This document shows, piece after piece, positions 36,846 through 50,400 of a stretch of 64,000 bases of DNA. The stretch is from Dimorphilus gyrociliatus (lineage: Eukaryota > Animalia > Annelida): contig CAJFCJ010000010.1 in assembly GCA_904063045.1 (NCBI GenBank), forward strand, positions 1,674,001 through 1,738,000. Reading direction: 5' to 3'. How positions within the stretch are numbered: the first letter of the stretch is position 1; every line of letters begins with the position of its first letter. Position numbers and translations under genes: made by a program. Below the pieces are notes generated by a model. The model was not told the DNA's origin and ran no database searches. It worked only from the letters and a program-made list of their open reading frames with translations.

Positions 36846-39474
36846 CCTCTTTTTTTAAGAAATCATTATTATTAAGTTTTGTTATATATGATAATATAAA
36901 GAGGTAATGAATCCTCTTGTCTTTTGTTTATATTGGAGATTTAGCAGATTTATATATTCTGATTATATACATTATATACTGTATAATTGCTCATTAAGAG
37001 TCCTTGTTAATGTTTTCTAAATGGGTTGGAAAGGAAATTTTTAAACTATTCCCTTTTTTCAAGGAATTTTCATTATTCTTAATAGATGAGATGAAATCAA
37101 ATTCAATTTTCTCTCTCTCTCTCTCATCTCCTGTTAACTTATTACTTAACTTAATGTTGTATGTCTATTTTTAATTATTAAGTTCAATAAGTTATTAAAT
37201 TATTAATGGCAGTTGTAATTTATCAAATATAGGTAGAAATGATATTTTTCTCAATGATATATATATATATATATATTGAAAATATCAATGAATGTTCAAA
37301 AATTGTTTGTCATGTTGAAGAACTCCTTAATTTCAAAGTCTATATGTAAATATGTTTGTAATGGATAGAATGAATTTCTCTCTCTATCTATCTCTATTTC
37401 TTCATGATAAACAAGATTGTCAACCTTCTTTCAGCTGCCAAATAATACATAAAAGTTCAGTTTAAAATCTATCACGTGACAGATTACGAAAGTGAAATCC
37501 GCATGATTTACATAACGTTTAAAAAGTTGTCATAAGATATACATCTTGGAAATATATCAAGTAGAGTTATAAAAATGTCGACTAATAACTTTTATATAAT
37601 CCTTCATATTTTGTAGATATGATTATTCTACAGTATAGTTGTTTTTCTATTTTCAGTTTGTTTATTGAACCTGACATTATCAATTCTAACGCTTGGTAGA
37701 CTTTTATCAATTCCTAGCTTTTGTCTATTATTTCGTCAAGAAAACCCTTTCAATACTGCTATATATCCTTATGACGAACCTAACAACAACATTCTCTATT
37801 CTATCATTAAAGTACTATTGCTTTACAAATAATTAGAACGATATTTTCATTTAACAACTTCACACAAACCCTCAAATAGTTCTTTTTATGTCGATTTGCG
37901 ATAATATAGGTATGATAGAATGTCATTATTCCCTTTTCTCTTTCTGTCTCTCTCTCTCTCTCTCAAAAGAACTTTTTTAGCTTACTTTCCTATACGAATT
38001 ACTATAATGAATTGATTATTTCCCCCTCCTTCCTCCCTTTAAAAGCGTTCGTCAAATATTTTATGTAAACTTTACTAAATAGAGTTAATATTTAAATTGA
38101 CATTGTCGAGAACAAGAAACTCGATTATTATATTGATATTTCTCTTTTATTGCTCTTAATGATAGATGGCGCCCATTGCACAATAATTATTTTTTTAACG
38201 CTTATTAACGACAATAGTTATTATTGCCATAAATATTTTTTTTATTGAAGTAATTGTTATTAATCAATTTTTTGCCAAATTAATATCGACTTGTCTGCTA
38301 TCTGGAACTTGTCTTTCCGTATAATCCGTCGAGTACAGATTGAATAGTTTCGCCTTTCTCATTCTCCTTTTGAACTTTTCACTCTTTTGTCTTGTCTCAA
38401 TAGAAATTGTGAAACGAATTTTGGGAATTCTAGATATTCTTCTGATTAGTTGAGTATGACGATGAGACTCTAACCATTGATAGAACACTGATATACCAAT
38501 ATTTTCAATTCCTTTCCTCCCATTTCGAGTTATCACTGAACCTTTTCGACTAATGACAATCACTTTTGGTATAAAGAAAACTTGATGGAATTCAATTAAC
38601 GATCTGATTTTTGTGAAAATTACGATTAAAAACAACAAAATCAATAAAGTTATTATATAAATATTTTCATTTTCTCTTACTCGACTATAGATTTACAGTT
38701 CAAAAATAGCCATTTTTCATGATTTTTCACATATTCCTTCCTACAACTTTCAATATCTTCATTGCAAGGAACTGCTATTATTTCCATTCTTATCTTCCTT
38801 AATTTCCCTTCCTGAAAATGCAAGGTTTAACTTTAGAATAGAAAACAAAGAGAGAAAGGTTTCGTGTCACCTTGTAGAATTCTATTAACATTGGAAGAAA
38901 TGTTTGGCAAGGTAGAGAAAATTGATCAAAGAAGAATAATAGAAAAATATCATTGTCTTCCAAATTCTTTTTATCACTAGACGTTTGAAAGTAGTCAGCT
39001 TCGATTAATTTCTCGAGAAGGCGTAATCCTTCCTCTTCGTTTTCCTTCTCTCCCTCTTCTTCCTTATTGTTTTCATTAGTATTTTTATCTTTCATAAGCT
39101 TTTCTTCAGGTCTTATTTTTAAAGCAAAGGGAAGAGAACGGCAAAATTTGTCCGCAAATTATAAATTTCTTAAACCTAATGCCATAGCTCAGGGAACGAA
39201 TTTTTTATACAAACATAATCATTTTACCATTTATTGATTTATTGAGGAATCAATGCCGTTACTATATTTTTTAACAATTGATATGAATGGAATTTATTGA
39301 GTAGTGTTGTGTATAAAACAGCTTTAGGGTAAGGTGAAAAAATCTTATAAAAAGGATATTGGACAATGGGAAACACTTCTGCTAAGTGAATAGAGATATA
39401 TACTATATAGTTATTTATTGAATACATCTTCAATGAATATTCATTAGAATGTTTATCATTGTATTTACTAGTAA

Positions 39475-40737
39475 TTATTCCAAATATATACCAAACACGG
39501 ACGCTACACATACCAAAGTTGAATTCTCAAAAACTGCAGTTGCGTAATTATCCGTTTTCTGATCGAGTAGACCCCTCGATACAATTCTTAGATCTCCCTT
39601 GTCCTTCTGACTTATAACTACCCATGTAATTATCCTGTACCTTTCCAGACGCATAGATTTAACTTTTTCCTTAAGAACTTCCGTTATCATTTTAGTTACC
39701 TTACCCATATGAATTCCATCATATGTCATGGTTCTAAGGCTCTCCTCCAGGACTGATAAAATTAATTTTTCTATCTTAAATTGTGGAAAGACAGTATCCG
39801 GTTCCATCTTGTAGGTATTCTCTAAAAGTAATTTACTCATATAGAGATCACTAGATAGAGACTTAGTTTCCTTGAATTTATGCATTTTATACGACTTGTA
39901 AGAATCGCTATACGAACCATCAGAACTCTTATACGTCCTGTAAAACTTGGGTTGTTTCTTCTTCGTCAAAGTCATCAGCGTTACGACGGTTCTCAATACT
40001 TTCTTGCCTCGATTACTGGGATACTTCCGTAAATATCTTGTTGGCTTCTTCTTTGCAGGATCATCACCTTTCACTCGTTTATTATGTACAGACTTTTTAT
40101 CTTCATCCGTATCTTCACCTTCAGATGGAGGTGAATTAGAGCTTTCGTCTACTTTTTCCTTTTCTTCATCAATTTTATCATCAGCATAATTATTTTCATC
40201 AGAACTATTAAAATTCTCGTTTTTTTCATTGTAAGCATCGGATAGTTTATTGGCTTCGGCAACTGCCGAAAGTAATTCGTTTGTTTCAGATTTTTCCGCA
40301 TCGCGCTTATCTTCCTCGTCATCTGCGGCAAGTGATGTAATTCCGAGATCCTTCAAATCGTTTAGAATTGTTTCTCGAATTTCATCTTCTCTTTCGATTC
40401 TCTCTTTTTCACCCTGGTCGATTTCCGCTTCATTTTTAATAGTCTGAGTAACAATCTCGTTTGATTCTTCCTCCTTTTTATCATCCTCTTTTGATGTATC
40501 CGACAACGGTGTCTTTAAACTTTTATCAAAAGCTAATTTGTCTTCACCTATCCTGCTCGTAGGCCTTTCTACTATTTCCGGTTCTTCTCTTTTGACAGGA
40601 GTTGACGAACTTTTTCCCTGCTCTCTAGGAGAATTAACTACGGACGATTTAACAGATCTAATAGATATTGACCTCGAAGAGAGAGTTGAGGTAGATCTAG
40701 CCGAATCCTTCCTGGGAGTTAATCTCGAATAAGACAT
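39475..40737 (-). CDS. Tctex1-domain dynein light chain-like protein with long acidic N-terminal extension, single exon (420 aa)
   Basis: The C-terminal about 110 aa (ENTYKMEP...F...VLEESL...YD...K.IT..LKEKVK.M..ERYRII..V.I.QK....L...SR.L.D..TDNYA...FEN..L..VASVFGIYLE) is a Tctex-1 fold. Confidence 0.88.
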   Translation of the reverse strand: MSYSRLTPRKDSARSTSTLSSRSISIRSVKSSVVNSPREQGKSSSTPVKREEPEIVERPTSRIGEDKLAFDKSLKTPLSDTSKEDDKKEEESNEIVTQTIKNEAEIDQGEKERIEREDEIRETILNDLKDLGITSLAADDEEDKRDAEKSETNELLSAVAEANKLSDAYNEKNENFNSSDENNYADDKIDEEKEKVDESSNSPPSEGEDTDEDKKSVHNKRVKGDDPAKKKPTRYLRKYPSNRGKKVLRTVVTLMTLTKKKQPKFYRTYKSSDGSYSDSYKSYKMHKFKETKSLSSDLYMSKLLLENTYKMEPDTVFPQFKIEKLILSVLEESLRTMTYDGIHMGKVTKMITEVLKEKVKSMRLERYRIITWVVISQKDKGDLRIVSRGLLDQKTDNYATAVFENSTLVCVASVFGIYLE

Positions 40738-42624
40738 TTCAAAACTTCTTAATCGTATAAATTATCAATTAGACAAAGAATTCACTAAATTCCTCTTAAA
40801 GGATTGGAGAAGACTGTTTTCAAGATGCATTCAAAAACAGAAAGAATCAATTAGAAAAAGAGATTGTTCGCTAGCATGCGGTACGTCAATTAAGGAGCAG
40901 GAACAAGATTGATAAATATTTAATTAAACAATGTTTGAGTGGTCCTTGGCATGCTTTTAAGGCAGTTGCATTTAATTCGCATCTCAATCAATTATATTTT
41001 TTTTCCTTTCCCCTTTCTATTCTCTCTCTTTATCCCTTAATATAAAAAAAACCCATCCCATCTTTGCTTAACAAAGTTAACAAATCGTACCTTAATTAAA
41101 AGAGATTTCCGTTATAGTTAATTAAATAATTAATTATTGGTATTTAAATTAATAGAAAAAACTTGGAAATCTTACTATTCTTACGTACAACTCTCTACGT
41201 CCTAATTTTTTAAATGATTTCAATTGAACTTTGATCGTTATTCATTGTTTTTACTGATTAAATATATTTAATTCTTAATAAATACGTTTAAAGGTTAAAA
41301 TACTAAATTCTAAAGGACTTGTATAAAATTTCCAATCGCTGTATATTCGACCTTTTTCCTTAGATTTATTCTTAAAATAGTTTTTGTAATTATTTTGATA
41401 GATATATCTATCTAGGCCTAATTAGAACTTTTATATACTTCATAGTACACAAATATCAAAGCTTACAAACAAACGAGAAATATTAGGATTAGCTAGAATA
41501 AGAGTGTCACAAACGGAGTTACGTAATTATAATCAAATTATTTCAAACGTATTAATATCTCATTTAAAAAATTGTAACTAGATCTCACACAACACATACC
41601 GGTGTGTTCTATTTTAATATTTCCGTTAAGGATTATAATCAGAGCCACCTACTGTCTGGAGGTGCAACGGCGTAAAATCCTTCCGATAGATGGAGTATAA
41701 AGACAGTAATTCTTGCCGTTAGCAAACTTTTTCTTCAAAGTTTTCAGAACTAATAGAAAAGTAAAAGATGAATATTAAAGATTTTGGATGAAAAATGATT
41801 AGAGATTTATCATAAAGTTCTTTGAACAGAAGGAAAACTTTGGCCGTAAATTTAGTTTCTGACAAAAAACTTTGAATGGTTCAATAAATTTTCCTTTTCT
41901 TCTTTCCTCTTTACAAACAAGGGTACGCTTGTATAGACCCAATTAAGTTAAAGCAATTTCCTACGGCCATTCAAATTCGCTTGCACGTAAAATCGCTACA
42001 GGTGTGCCATTACACGAACACACACACACAACAACATAACATTATACATACATACGTATTACATAGTCAGTATAGAAAAAGAGGGTGGTGGACACTCGTG
42101 CACGTGTCTAACTCACCTCAAATAAAAAAAATCCTCTTGTTAATTGGAGCTTTTAAATAAATCGTAGTGTGTACGATTAATTGTCACTATAACAAATGTT
42201 TGTTTTATATTTAACAAACTAACGAGAGATGAAGAAGAGATGTAAACTTTCTATTTTTCTTCTTCTTATTCTTCAAGTTAACGAAATTATAACGGGAGTA
42301 AAATACGTAACTTGTTGCAAAAGTTAAGGTCCTTTGAAAAAAGACCCCGTTGACACGCGGCATTCAAGCGGCATTCCTGCAGAGATTCGCTTTTCATCTA
42401 ACCGTCGCAAACTGCTATAATTTTGTAACACCCACAAGAAGAGAGAAAGAAAAGAATTGGGGGGGCGCGGAAAAAGAGCGGGGCCAAAGAAGTAATAAAA
42501 GTAGTGGATGGAGAGAAAAACTTAGGAAATTGGCGGAAGAGCATAGGAGAGGGAGACGGCGGGAGGGGGGTGGGTGTATTCAAATCCCCTCTCTCCCTAT
42601 GCTCGCCAGTCGCACACAAAGACT

Positions 42625-42690
42625 CCGCCTCAACCAATCACCGATTGGACACGCGACGGGCGCGTTCTGCGCATGCGTCTATAAGAGGCA
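42625..42690 (+). promoter_or_regulatory. Neurogenin core promoter
   Basis: Inverted double CCAAT (CCAATC-acc-GATTGG, 42634-42648), NRF1-type TGCGCATGCG (42668-42677) and TATA-like CTATAAG (42679-42685), about 35 bp before the ATG. Confidence 0.7.
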
Positions 42691-42720
42691 ACACGCGCCG
42701 GTGGTGATTTCACTTGCAGC

Positions 42721-43263
42721 ATGCTAACGGACGAAGAAACTCACAAAGAAAACTGCCCTAAAAGGAAGAGACGTCAAAAGACGCCTAAAACTCCTGCAGT
42801 TGTGCAAAACTTAAAGAGAGTGCGTAGATCTAAGGCTAACGATAGAGAAAGGAACCGAATGCACAATTTGAATGGAGCCCTGGAAGACCTCCGAGAAAGA
42901 TTACCGCAATTTGGAGAAGATAATAAACTGACAAAGATCGAAACTTTACGCTTTGCTCACAACTACATTTGGGCTTTGACGGAGACCCTACGAATGGTCC
43001 GATCGCAGCAACTGTCTCCAGACACTTCTAATCTGCAGTTAGCTGCTTCTATGGCTTTGCATGGTCCAATGAATATGAATGCAAGATCTACATCCTCCTC
43101 TTCCTCATGCTCGCCCATTAACGACGGATTTCCTTCGCCGCACAATACGCCCTCCTTCCTTCCCGCTCAAACACCTCTATCGAATGAATGGACGAATTGC
43201 GGTTGGCAACAAAATGCAGCCCTCCCTCCAAATAACTCTTGCAGTTATCAGTGTTTCTCCTAA
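42721..43263 (+). CDS. NEUROG: Neurogenin bHLH transcription factor, single exon
   Basis: [52 protein letters not shown] is the neurogenin-specific bHLH. Confidence 0.95.
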   Translation: MLTDEETHKENCPKRKRRQKTPKTPAVVQNLKRVRRSKANDRERNRMHNLNGALEDLRERLPQFGEDNKLTKIETLRFAHNYIWALTETLRMVRSQQLSPDTSNLQLAASMALHGPMNMNARSTSSSSSCSPINDGFPSPHNTPSFLPAQTPLSNEWTNCGWQQNAALPPNNSCSYQCFS

Positions 43264-46200
43264 AAAAAAACTGCAAAAATAGAAAAGAAAAAGCAAACGT
43301 CCTTCTCTACATATCTTGGCCTTCCAAATTCACAAAAAAAGAGACTAAAAGAATCTATATTCTGTACATATATATATATATATATATATAACAAAAAATG
43401 ATTGTCTATTCTTTATCCAGCTCTTTTTTTCTCCTGTTCAACGCTATTAAGAAAGGCATACTCTTCTTCAAAAAAAAAAATCTCTTCTCTTTATTACTAA
43501 TAGCGTTGATTGTTCTTTAATTTTTGTTTGTTTGTTTGTTTGTTTATATTCTACTGATTACTACTGTTATCATTGTGATACAATAAAAATAAGCAATGAA
43601 AGAAAAAGTAATAAAACCGTTATTTCTTTGTCCGAATGAGAATTAGGCTGGCGGCGTTAATTTCTAGCAAGTCGTTAACACTTCATTTTTTGTCTTCTAA
43701 AAATAACTTGACAAGTCGTAAAACTTGATAGTTTTCCTTTATTTCTCATCTTTCTCTCCACACCTATCCAACAGAGATCTCACTTCTTCGAATCATCTTT
43801 TTTGAAAGGAAAATGAATGCATCTCCTTTCTTCTTGAATGGAAGAGGATTTTCTTTCTTTAATTTTTAAATAACCTTCTATTAGAGAGGATAAAAAAAAA
43901 CTTGACAAAATCAGTATATAATAATAAATCTTTGGCAACGATATGGAGAAAATAAGAAATGACTGGTTCATGTTTTAAAGGGAAATCATGCAGAATTCCA
44001 CTCGCGCGCTTTTTTACGGTCGATTTAACAACGACGATTTGCATATGCAAATTAATTGCTTCGGCCAGGAAATCTTACGTCAACCGCCATTTGTCAAACA
44101 GTAAAAATATAAAAAAAAGTACTATTTCCAAAACCTCATACATAAATTATATATTCATATCCTTCTCTCTTTAAAAAAGAAATTACCCTATTTCGTGAAG
44201 TAAATGGGCTTTTTTTTCAGCCTATGCGAGAGTATTAAAATAAAATAGCGACATCTTGAATAAAAAAAGAGAATCGGACACGCGACAGTTGTAACGTTAT
44301 CTCCGAATTTGAACATTGCCGGAGGGAGTGTCAGATAGAAAGATTCGTAACTGTTCAAACTTGATTGAACGGTACAAAATATTGAATTGAAGGGAAAGTA
44401 GATTAAGGTCAAATTAAAATTGGGCTTAAATTGAATTAATAATTATGCAAAAGGAAAATATTCCTTCTTTTCTTCCTCTCTATCTCTCACTTTTTTCAGT
44501 TTGACTTTACGCATCTAGATTGATAGAACGGAAAACGAGAGAAAACTTTTGAATGCATAAGCTGTTTAAGAGCTCAGTCAACACTTGTTCAACCATACAG
44601 CACCAGAGTCGCTGGTCGATTTGTGTCGCATGAATTTTTTCCCTTTCATCTCGCCCGCCGACTCGTGCGCTCGCATGTTGAACGATTTGTTTCGGGTTTC
44701 TCTCAATCTAACATTGAAATTCGGCAGCCCTTTGTAAGACTAGTATTATGCATACATATGCATATATATTAAAAAGTCACCGAAGGAGGTAGAAATAGGG
44801 AAAGTAGATTGGCAGACTATCTTTAGATTATCAACGGAGATTAAGATAATCGGCTGTCCGAATGCCACCAGATTGAGGGTTTGGACTACCTTCTTCTCCC
44901 TTGGTAATAGTTATTTTAAAATTCATTTTAGAAAATAGGGGTCAAAATAAGATGGACAAGAAAGGAAGGTTAATAAAATAAAAAGTGGCATGACATCTTA
45001 GGAAATATAGAAAAAAAGGGAAACGAAAGAGTTGAATACGATTAACCTTTTACAATTTTCAAACCCATTCTCTCCATCCATTAGACTCAATTCGGATGGA
45101 CAGGAGAAAATGACCCACGTCGTTGAATTGTGTAACGGACGTTGTGATCTTGACAACCAACCCATTTTCTCTTAACGTAAAGTTACGTTACATTTATGGA
45201 CCCTTGCTAATTTACATACTTTTACACTTTTATTCTTTTACGCATTCATTCCGAATGAGAAGAAAAGTTTAAGAAAGTCAGGTTGATTAATAACGGTCCG
45301 GTTTTTCCTTTCAAAAACTACCGGACCTTACATCTATTATTACTAAACGGAAGTGGACGCGAAGAAAGACAGGGGGTTATAATATAAGGAAAGAAATATA
45401 CATAAATTCTAAAACCTTTTGTAACTATCTGTCAGAGGCGGCCCGGTAACAAAATAGAGGTTAAGTGACCAAAGGCAAAAAAGAGAAAAGCTGAAGAAAT
45501 TATAAGGAAACTATAGAAATATTATCAATTCAACGATCTGAGCATTACGTAATATTGCAAATATAAGCTCTTTGTTAAAGACCATAGGAGCGAAAACTTT
45601 TCCTACGTTCAAACTACTTGGAGGGTTAAACGGAGATCAAATAATATAGAGTCACGTGACAAATAATCTATTCGATACATTAAAACAAAATACGCTAAAA
45701 CTCCCCAGAGACAGCTAAGGTTCGTAACGAATAGTTAAGGCCGCTGCGCGGACTGTGGCAAAAGGATTAAGACATAATTCTCCTTATATCTTCTAATTAT
45801 CTTCTTAGACGCTTTTCATCCGTTAAAAATCACTATTAAATCTATTTACGTTATACGCGTGTCGCAGGGCAGGTGTTCAGCCGCCTGATTCACTCTTCTC
45901 CTTTTTTTGTTATATTTTTTTTGTTCAAACACGTTTTCCCGTCCATTTACTCACTTCTTCCGCAAGACTAATTAACGTATTCTTCCCTCTATTATCAAAA
46001 TATATATCTTATTTACATAGCTTAAGGAAAGGATTTTCCCCGAATTTAACAAAAAAATAAAGTAGAAAGAAGAGAAAGCACTCCCTTAAAATATACAACA
46101 GAGTTATATTAAGATTTGAAAGAAGTGTACAGACCATCCTTAATTATTTGCAAATTTATGCAAAAAATACGTCGGATGTACCGTGAATGAAAAATGTCCA

Positions 46201-47389
46201 ATTTTTTTTGACCGTTATAAACGTTTTTTTAGTTAAAGAGAGAAGAGAGAAAAATTGAGAGGGAACGGAAGGGGGAAAAAAACAGTTTCGCATCTGTCGC
46301 CGTTTAGAGTGGCTTAGAAAAAGACGGAAGTGAATTATAATTTTGAAAACTCTAGTTCCCCTAAAGCCGATTTAAAGTTAATAAAGAAAGGATCAATTTA
46401 TGCTTCGATATGACACGCGACCAATTTTTTATTGTCTTCCCGTTCGCTCTTTGAATGCGATATATGACTTTATATTACAAATGTAAGGTAATTATAGCAA
46501 ACGCACTTAAGCAATTATCCACTTTATTATTGAAAAACGGGGAAAAAGTTTAATCAAAGGTGTTGGCGGAATTCGTAGCATCTCTTATGATCTCATTTTT
46601 TCACGTCATTCAAGCTTGCATGAGGTCGTTAGATAACGAAGGTAGAGGTTAATTAAGGTTGATTGTTAGGAGTAAAAGGCTAGAAAAAAATTACTAAGGA
46701 CTATGTTGTTTCCCATTGAATAGCTTCTGTCTAAAAAGTAGAGGTTCAAACCGAGTTGAAACTCGACAGATGTGCATCTACCTAAAGCTTAATGCTAAAG
46801 AACCGCAGAGACAGAAAGAGGGAGGGAAATACAGACAGCTAGATGGACAGAAAGTAGATGGATAGACGTTTGAAGAAAAAAAGAAAGAAAAGAGATTGAA
46901 AAGAATTCGATTTCTCTATTACCCATATTGCTTTTCTAAATGCATTGAAAGCGCCTAGAAGAACGTTATACAGTGTATATTATTTCTCAAATTAAACAAA
47001 ATTCAAATGTATAGAACGGAAATGGAATGATTAATGGAATTCAATACGCGTCAAGTAGACGCCGAGGCCTAAAGGTTAGAGCACGTGCTTGACGCGCGAA
47101 CGGAGGCTTTGACTATAGGCCTATATCAATCGTATTCCATTTCACAGGAAATAGGCCCTGTATTAAAATACATATAAATATAAAATACACGCGTCGTTGA
47201 ATTTTCCTATTATATTATTGTAGAAGGTAAAAGTCGAAGTAATAAATCATCTTTTTTCGTAGTTTTTCTCATTTTTATAAGAATAGCACCATGTATTTAT
47301 GAATGTATATGCGGGAATGAATAAGTGGTTTTAAGGGTAAAGAGTAGAGAGATATTAGATGGAGGTAGAATTGAATAATATACTATTTC

Positions 47390-47421
<32 letters not shown>

Positions 47422-50400
47422 CAGTATATTCCTATCAAATGGTCGTAATTTCTCTATATTACCATCGTTAATTTGTTATACTCTCTAGGTAGTCTGTCGT
47501 TTAATAGACATTAACGATTTCAGCTCCAACTTTATCTACTTAAATATCTTCAATTAAGCGATTCTCTTCTATCCGACACGCTTCTTTTCACAACCTCTTT
47601 CACTGATAAAATGTATTAATGGACTAATTTGTTCTTCTCTAAAAGCTGGGCCTATTGAGCAATCTTTCTTCCTGAATTCAATTTTCCGTCCCAGGTAATA
47701 AATAAAAAACACAACTCGTTCAATTTTCTTTAATAGGCTTATAAAAAAAGGACGCGTACCCATAAAGCTCTCGTTCATCACGGTAAAAAATGAATAAGGA
47801 CGCTTCTCAGATACTCGAACCAGACAAAAGAGACGCTTTGAAGCCGCGCCGTCACCAGGTGACGGGTTCTTACTTTGAAGTCAGCGCGCGCTCCCGCCCT
47901 GAAAAATTAGTCTAATTGGAAAAGGTTAATTGCGTAACGGCTCGCGACAAAGTTTACTTTTGGACCGGTAGTTGAAATTTTTTCATATAGTGCGCTATTT
48001 CCTTTGATCCAGACGCATTATAGGCTTACATCATTGTCGAGTGGCGTCTCCCCGCTGAGCGTGACGTGAAAAAGCATTAAATTACGGCGACTTTGGCGGC
48101 GTCTAAAGTCTATAGTTGCGTTTCAAATGACACGCGCCAATTTTTTTATAGGTGTAGAATAGAAAAGGCAAAAAAGAAAATTCCCTTTTTTAAAAGTGAG
48201 AAAAGGGAGGAGTAAAAAGGGAAAAAATTCACTATGATTAGTTACAGTTGGCAGATTAATGACACCCAGCTCCATGGTGATTTAAACGTGCTAAGAAAAG
48301 TTTCATAGGTCAATGTCAAGGTTACTAATTTTTGAATATATTTATGATTTTGAGTAGACGGGTTGAGTAGAGGGTGAAGGTGTGAGAGAAGATGGTTGAA
48401 AGACTCTTTTATTTCGTATTTCTACTATCATTTTTCATACATGGGCGACTAGGTCCTATTATAGGCGGGAAATTAATCTACTCCTTTTTCATTCATACAA
48501 TTCCCAACTGAAAAATATAAATGCTGGAGAAAACATGTGACCACCAAAATAGCTGCATAATAGCAAGTCGGAAAAAAGGTCAATTTTCGAGGTCGTCGGA
48601 AAAACGCTTTGTCGGCGAGCGTAAAATTCACGAGTAGATAAGAGCAACGGGAGGCGGAAATAATGGCTCCCATCACGCAACAGCAGAAAAAAGAGACACT
48701 CGACTAACAGAATAAAGAAAAAAAATGAGGTTCATTAGTTGATTTTGTAAGTTTAAGTTGGTGTTTATCGACTTAAAAGTAAAAAAAACCTTGTCAAAAG
48801 TTCAAAGAGTTATAATTCATAAAGAATACTGTATTTTGTCAATGCAAGAGCCCTATAAGGACTGAAAAGGAGATAGACGAAGAAAAAGGGAAAATTGAAG
48901 CAGATGATTGAAGATGGTGCACGCGCGTCCCTGCAGGCGGTGGTCATCTCTTGTATTGAATACGCTCGCGACCCTTTGTCCGATTTTGAGCGCTGACAAT
49001 TTGCTAAATTGCGCCAGATAGACCCATAGACAACAATAGGGGAGGTTCCGTGTCAACTTTCTCTCAGTAGGCCTACTATATACTCCTACTGGGTAGCTGT
49101 CATTAAATCTGACATTCCGCCGATCGTTCTATTAACTTTTCAATCTTTTTATAGGCTGTCTTTACCCTCGTTGGGATTGAATTTTAATTAGCCCTACATG
49201 ACTATTCCATTCAGAATAAATAATATATAGTTGTACTTCTATACGTTCATGAGCCTATATTCCCGCCCTTTTTTTTCAATTTTATAAAGATAAAATGATA
49301 AAGATCTCAATATACCCAACTCTCGCTAAATCATACTCCCTTCTAAACAGTTCATTTATTCTAAATAAGCACTATTAGAGAGATAGAAACAATCGTGTCT
49401 ATAAGAAGGGTAGTAAGGGATTTTACATTTCCGTTCGACATTTTCAGTGGCCATAAAACACGCCTGTAAAAATACGTAATAAAGGCGTCAATTTGATTGG
49501 GAAATGGACGAGTTTTATTCAATCATTTCATAGTTTGTTTAACGATGAAATACGTTTTTTGGTTAGACACTCGACATTTTTCCTCTTCGTTTATTCTCGG
49601 CTTAAAAAGCTAACATCAAAAGAGAAATACCCAGCCCGAAAATATTATAAAACTACTTAAAAATCAAGCCCTTCTTTTCGACTTCCAACAGTATAACCTT
49701 CCCTTGTCAAGTACCGGATAAAGTTATAATTAGTTTCCATATATTTCCCAAATCGCCATTCAATACTGCTATAACAAACATAGTCTATAAATGCTTAATA
49801 GTTCTTATTAGAAACCAAATAGATTTTTTCTTTAAAAAAAAAAGTAATAAGATTTATAATAGTAAAAGTTTTTATCCAATTCATGAACAAGTGCAATAAA
49901 CTTGTTCATTGATAACTTTCATTTAGTTGAAGGTTATTCAATCAGACATCTTCTTACAATCATTAGAAGTTTTTTGTCTATTCAATACATTTCTTTGAAG
50001 TATGAAGATTCAAGTTATAGTTGTTGAAAATAAGAAATATCTACTTTCACAAGTACGTTAATAAAAACTATAGATGGCGCCATGCGACATGGAGACAATG
50101 TTGGAAACTATTGTGAGTGAAGTCTTTAATCGTTCAATCATATTTTATAACAGCTTGAAATTGTAAAGAATAATTTCAATAGATTTAAAGAAAGAAAAAG
50201 ACAGAGTGAGAGAGAGAGAGAGAGAGACAAAGAAAAGGAAGAAATCAAAGAAAAGTAGCCATCATTAAAGATTTCTGTAATTCCTTGAACAATTACTAAG
50301 TGTTTTGGCCTTATCTACTACCCGTCGCTCCCTGTATTGAAAGACTCAGTGTTAATTTGCTTACCTTGAAAGTAATCTTACCGAGAGTCAAGTTAGCGCC

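Noticed and set aside
480-40737. Apparent microtubule or cilia gene cluster (SAXO, HAUS6, Tctex1)
   Set aside because: The genes are interleaved with unrelated ones, and I found no convincing shared X-boxes in their promoters.
49883-49909. 10-bp perfect hairpin ATGAACAAGT/ACTTGTTCAT
   Set aside because: AT-rich, isolated and too short for a pre-miRNA; no supporting context.
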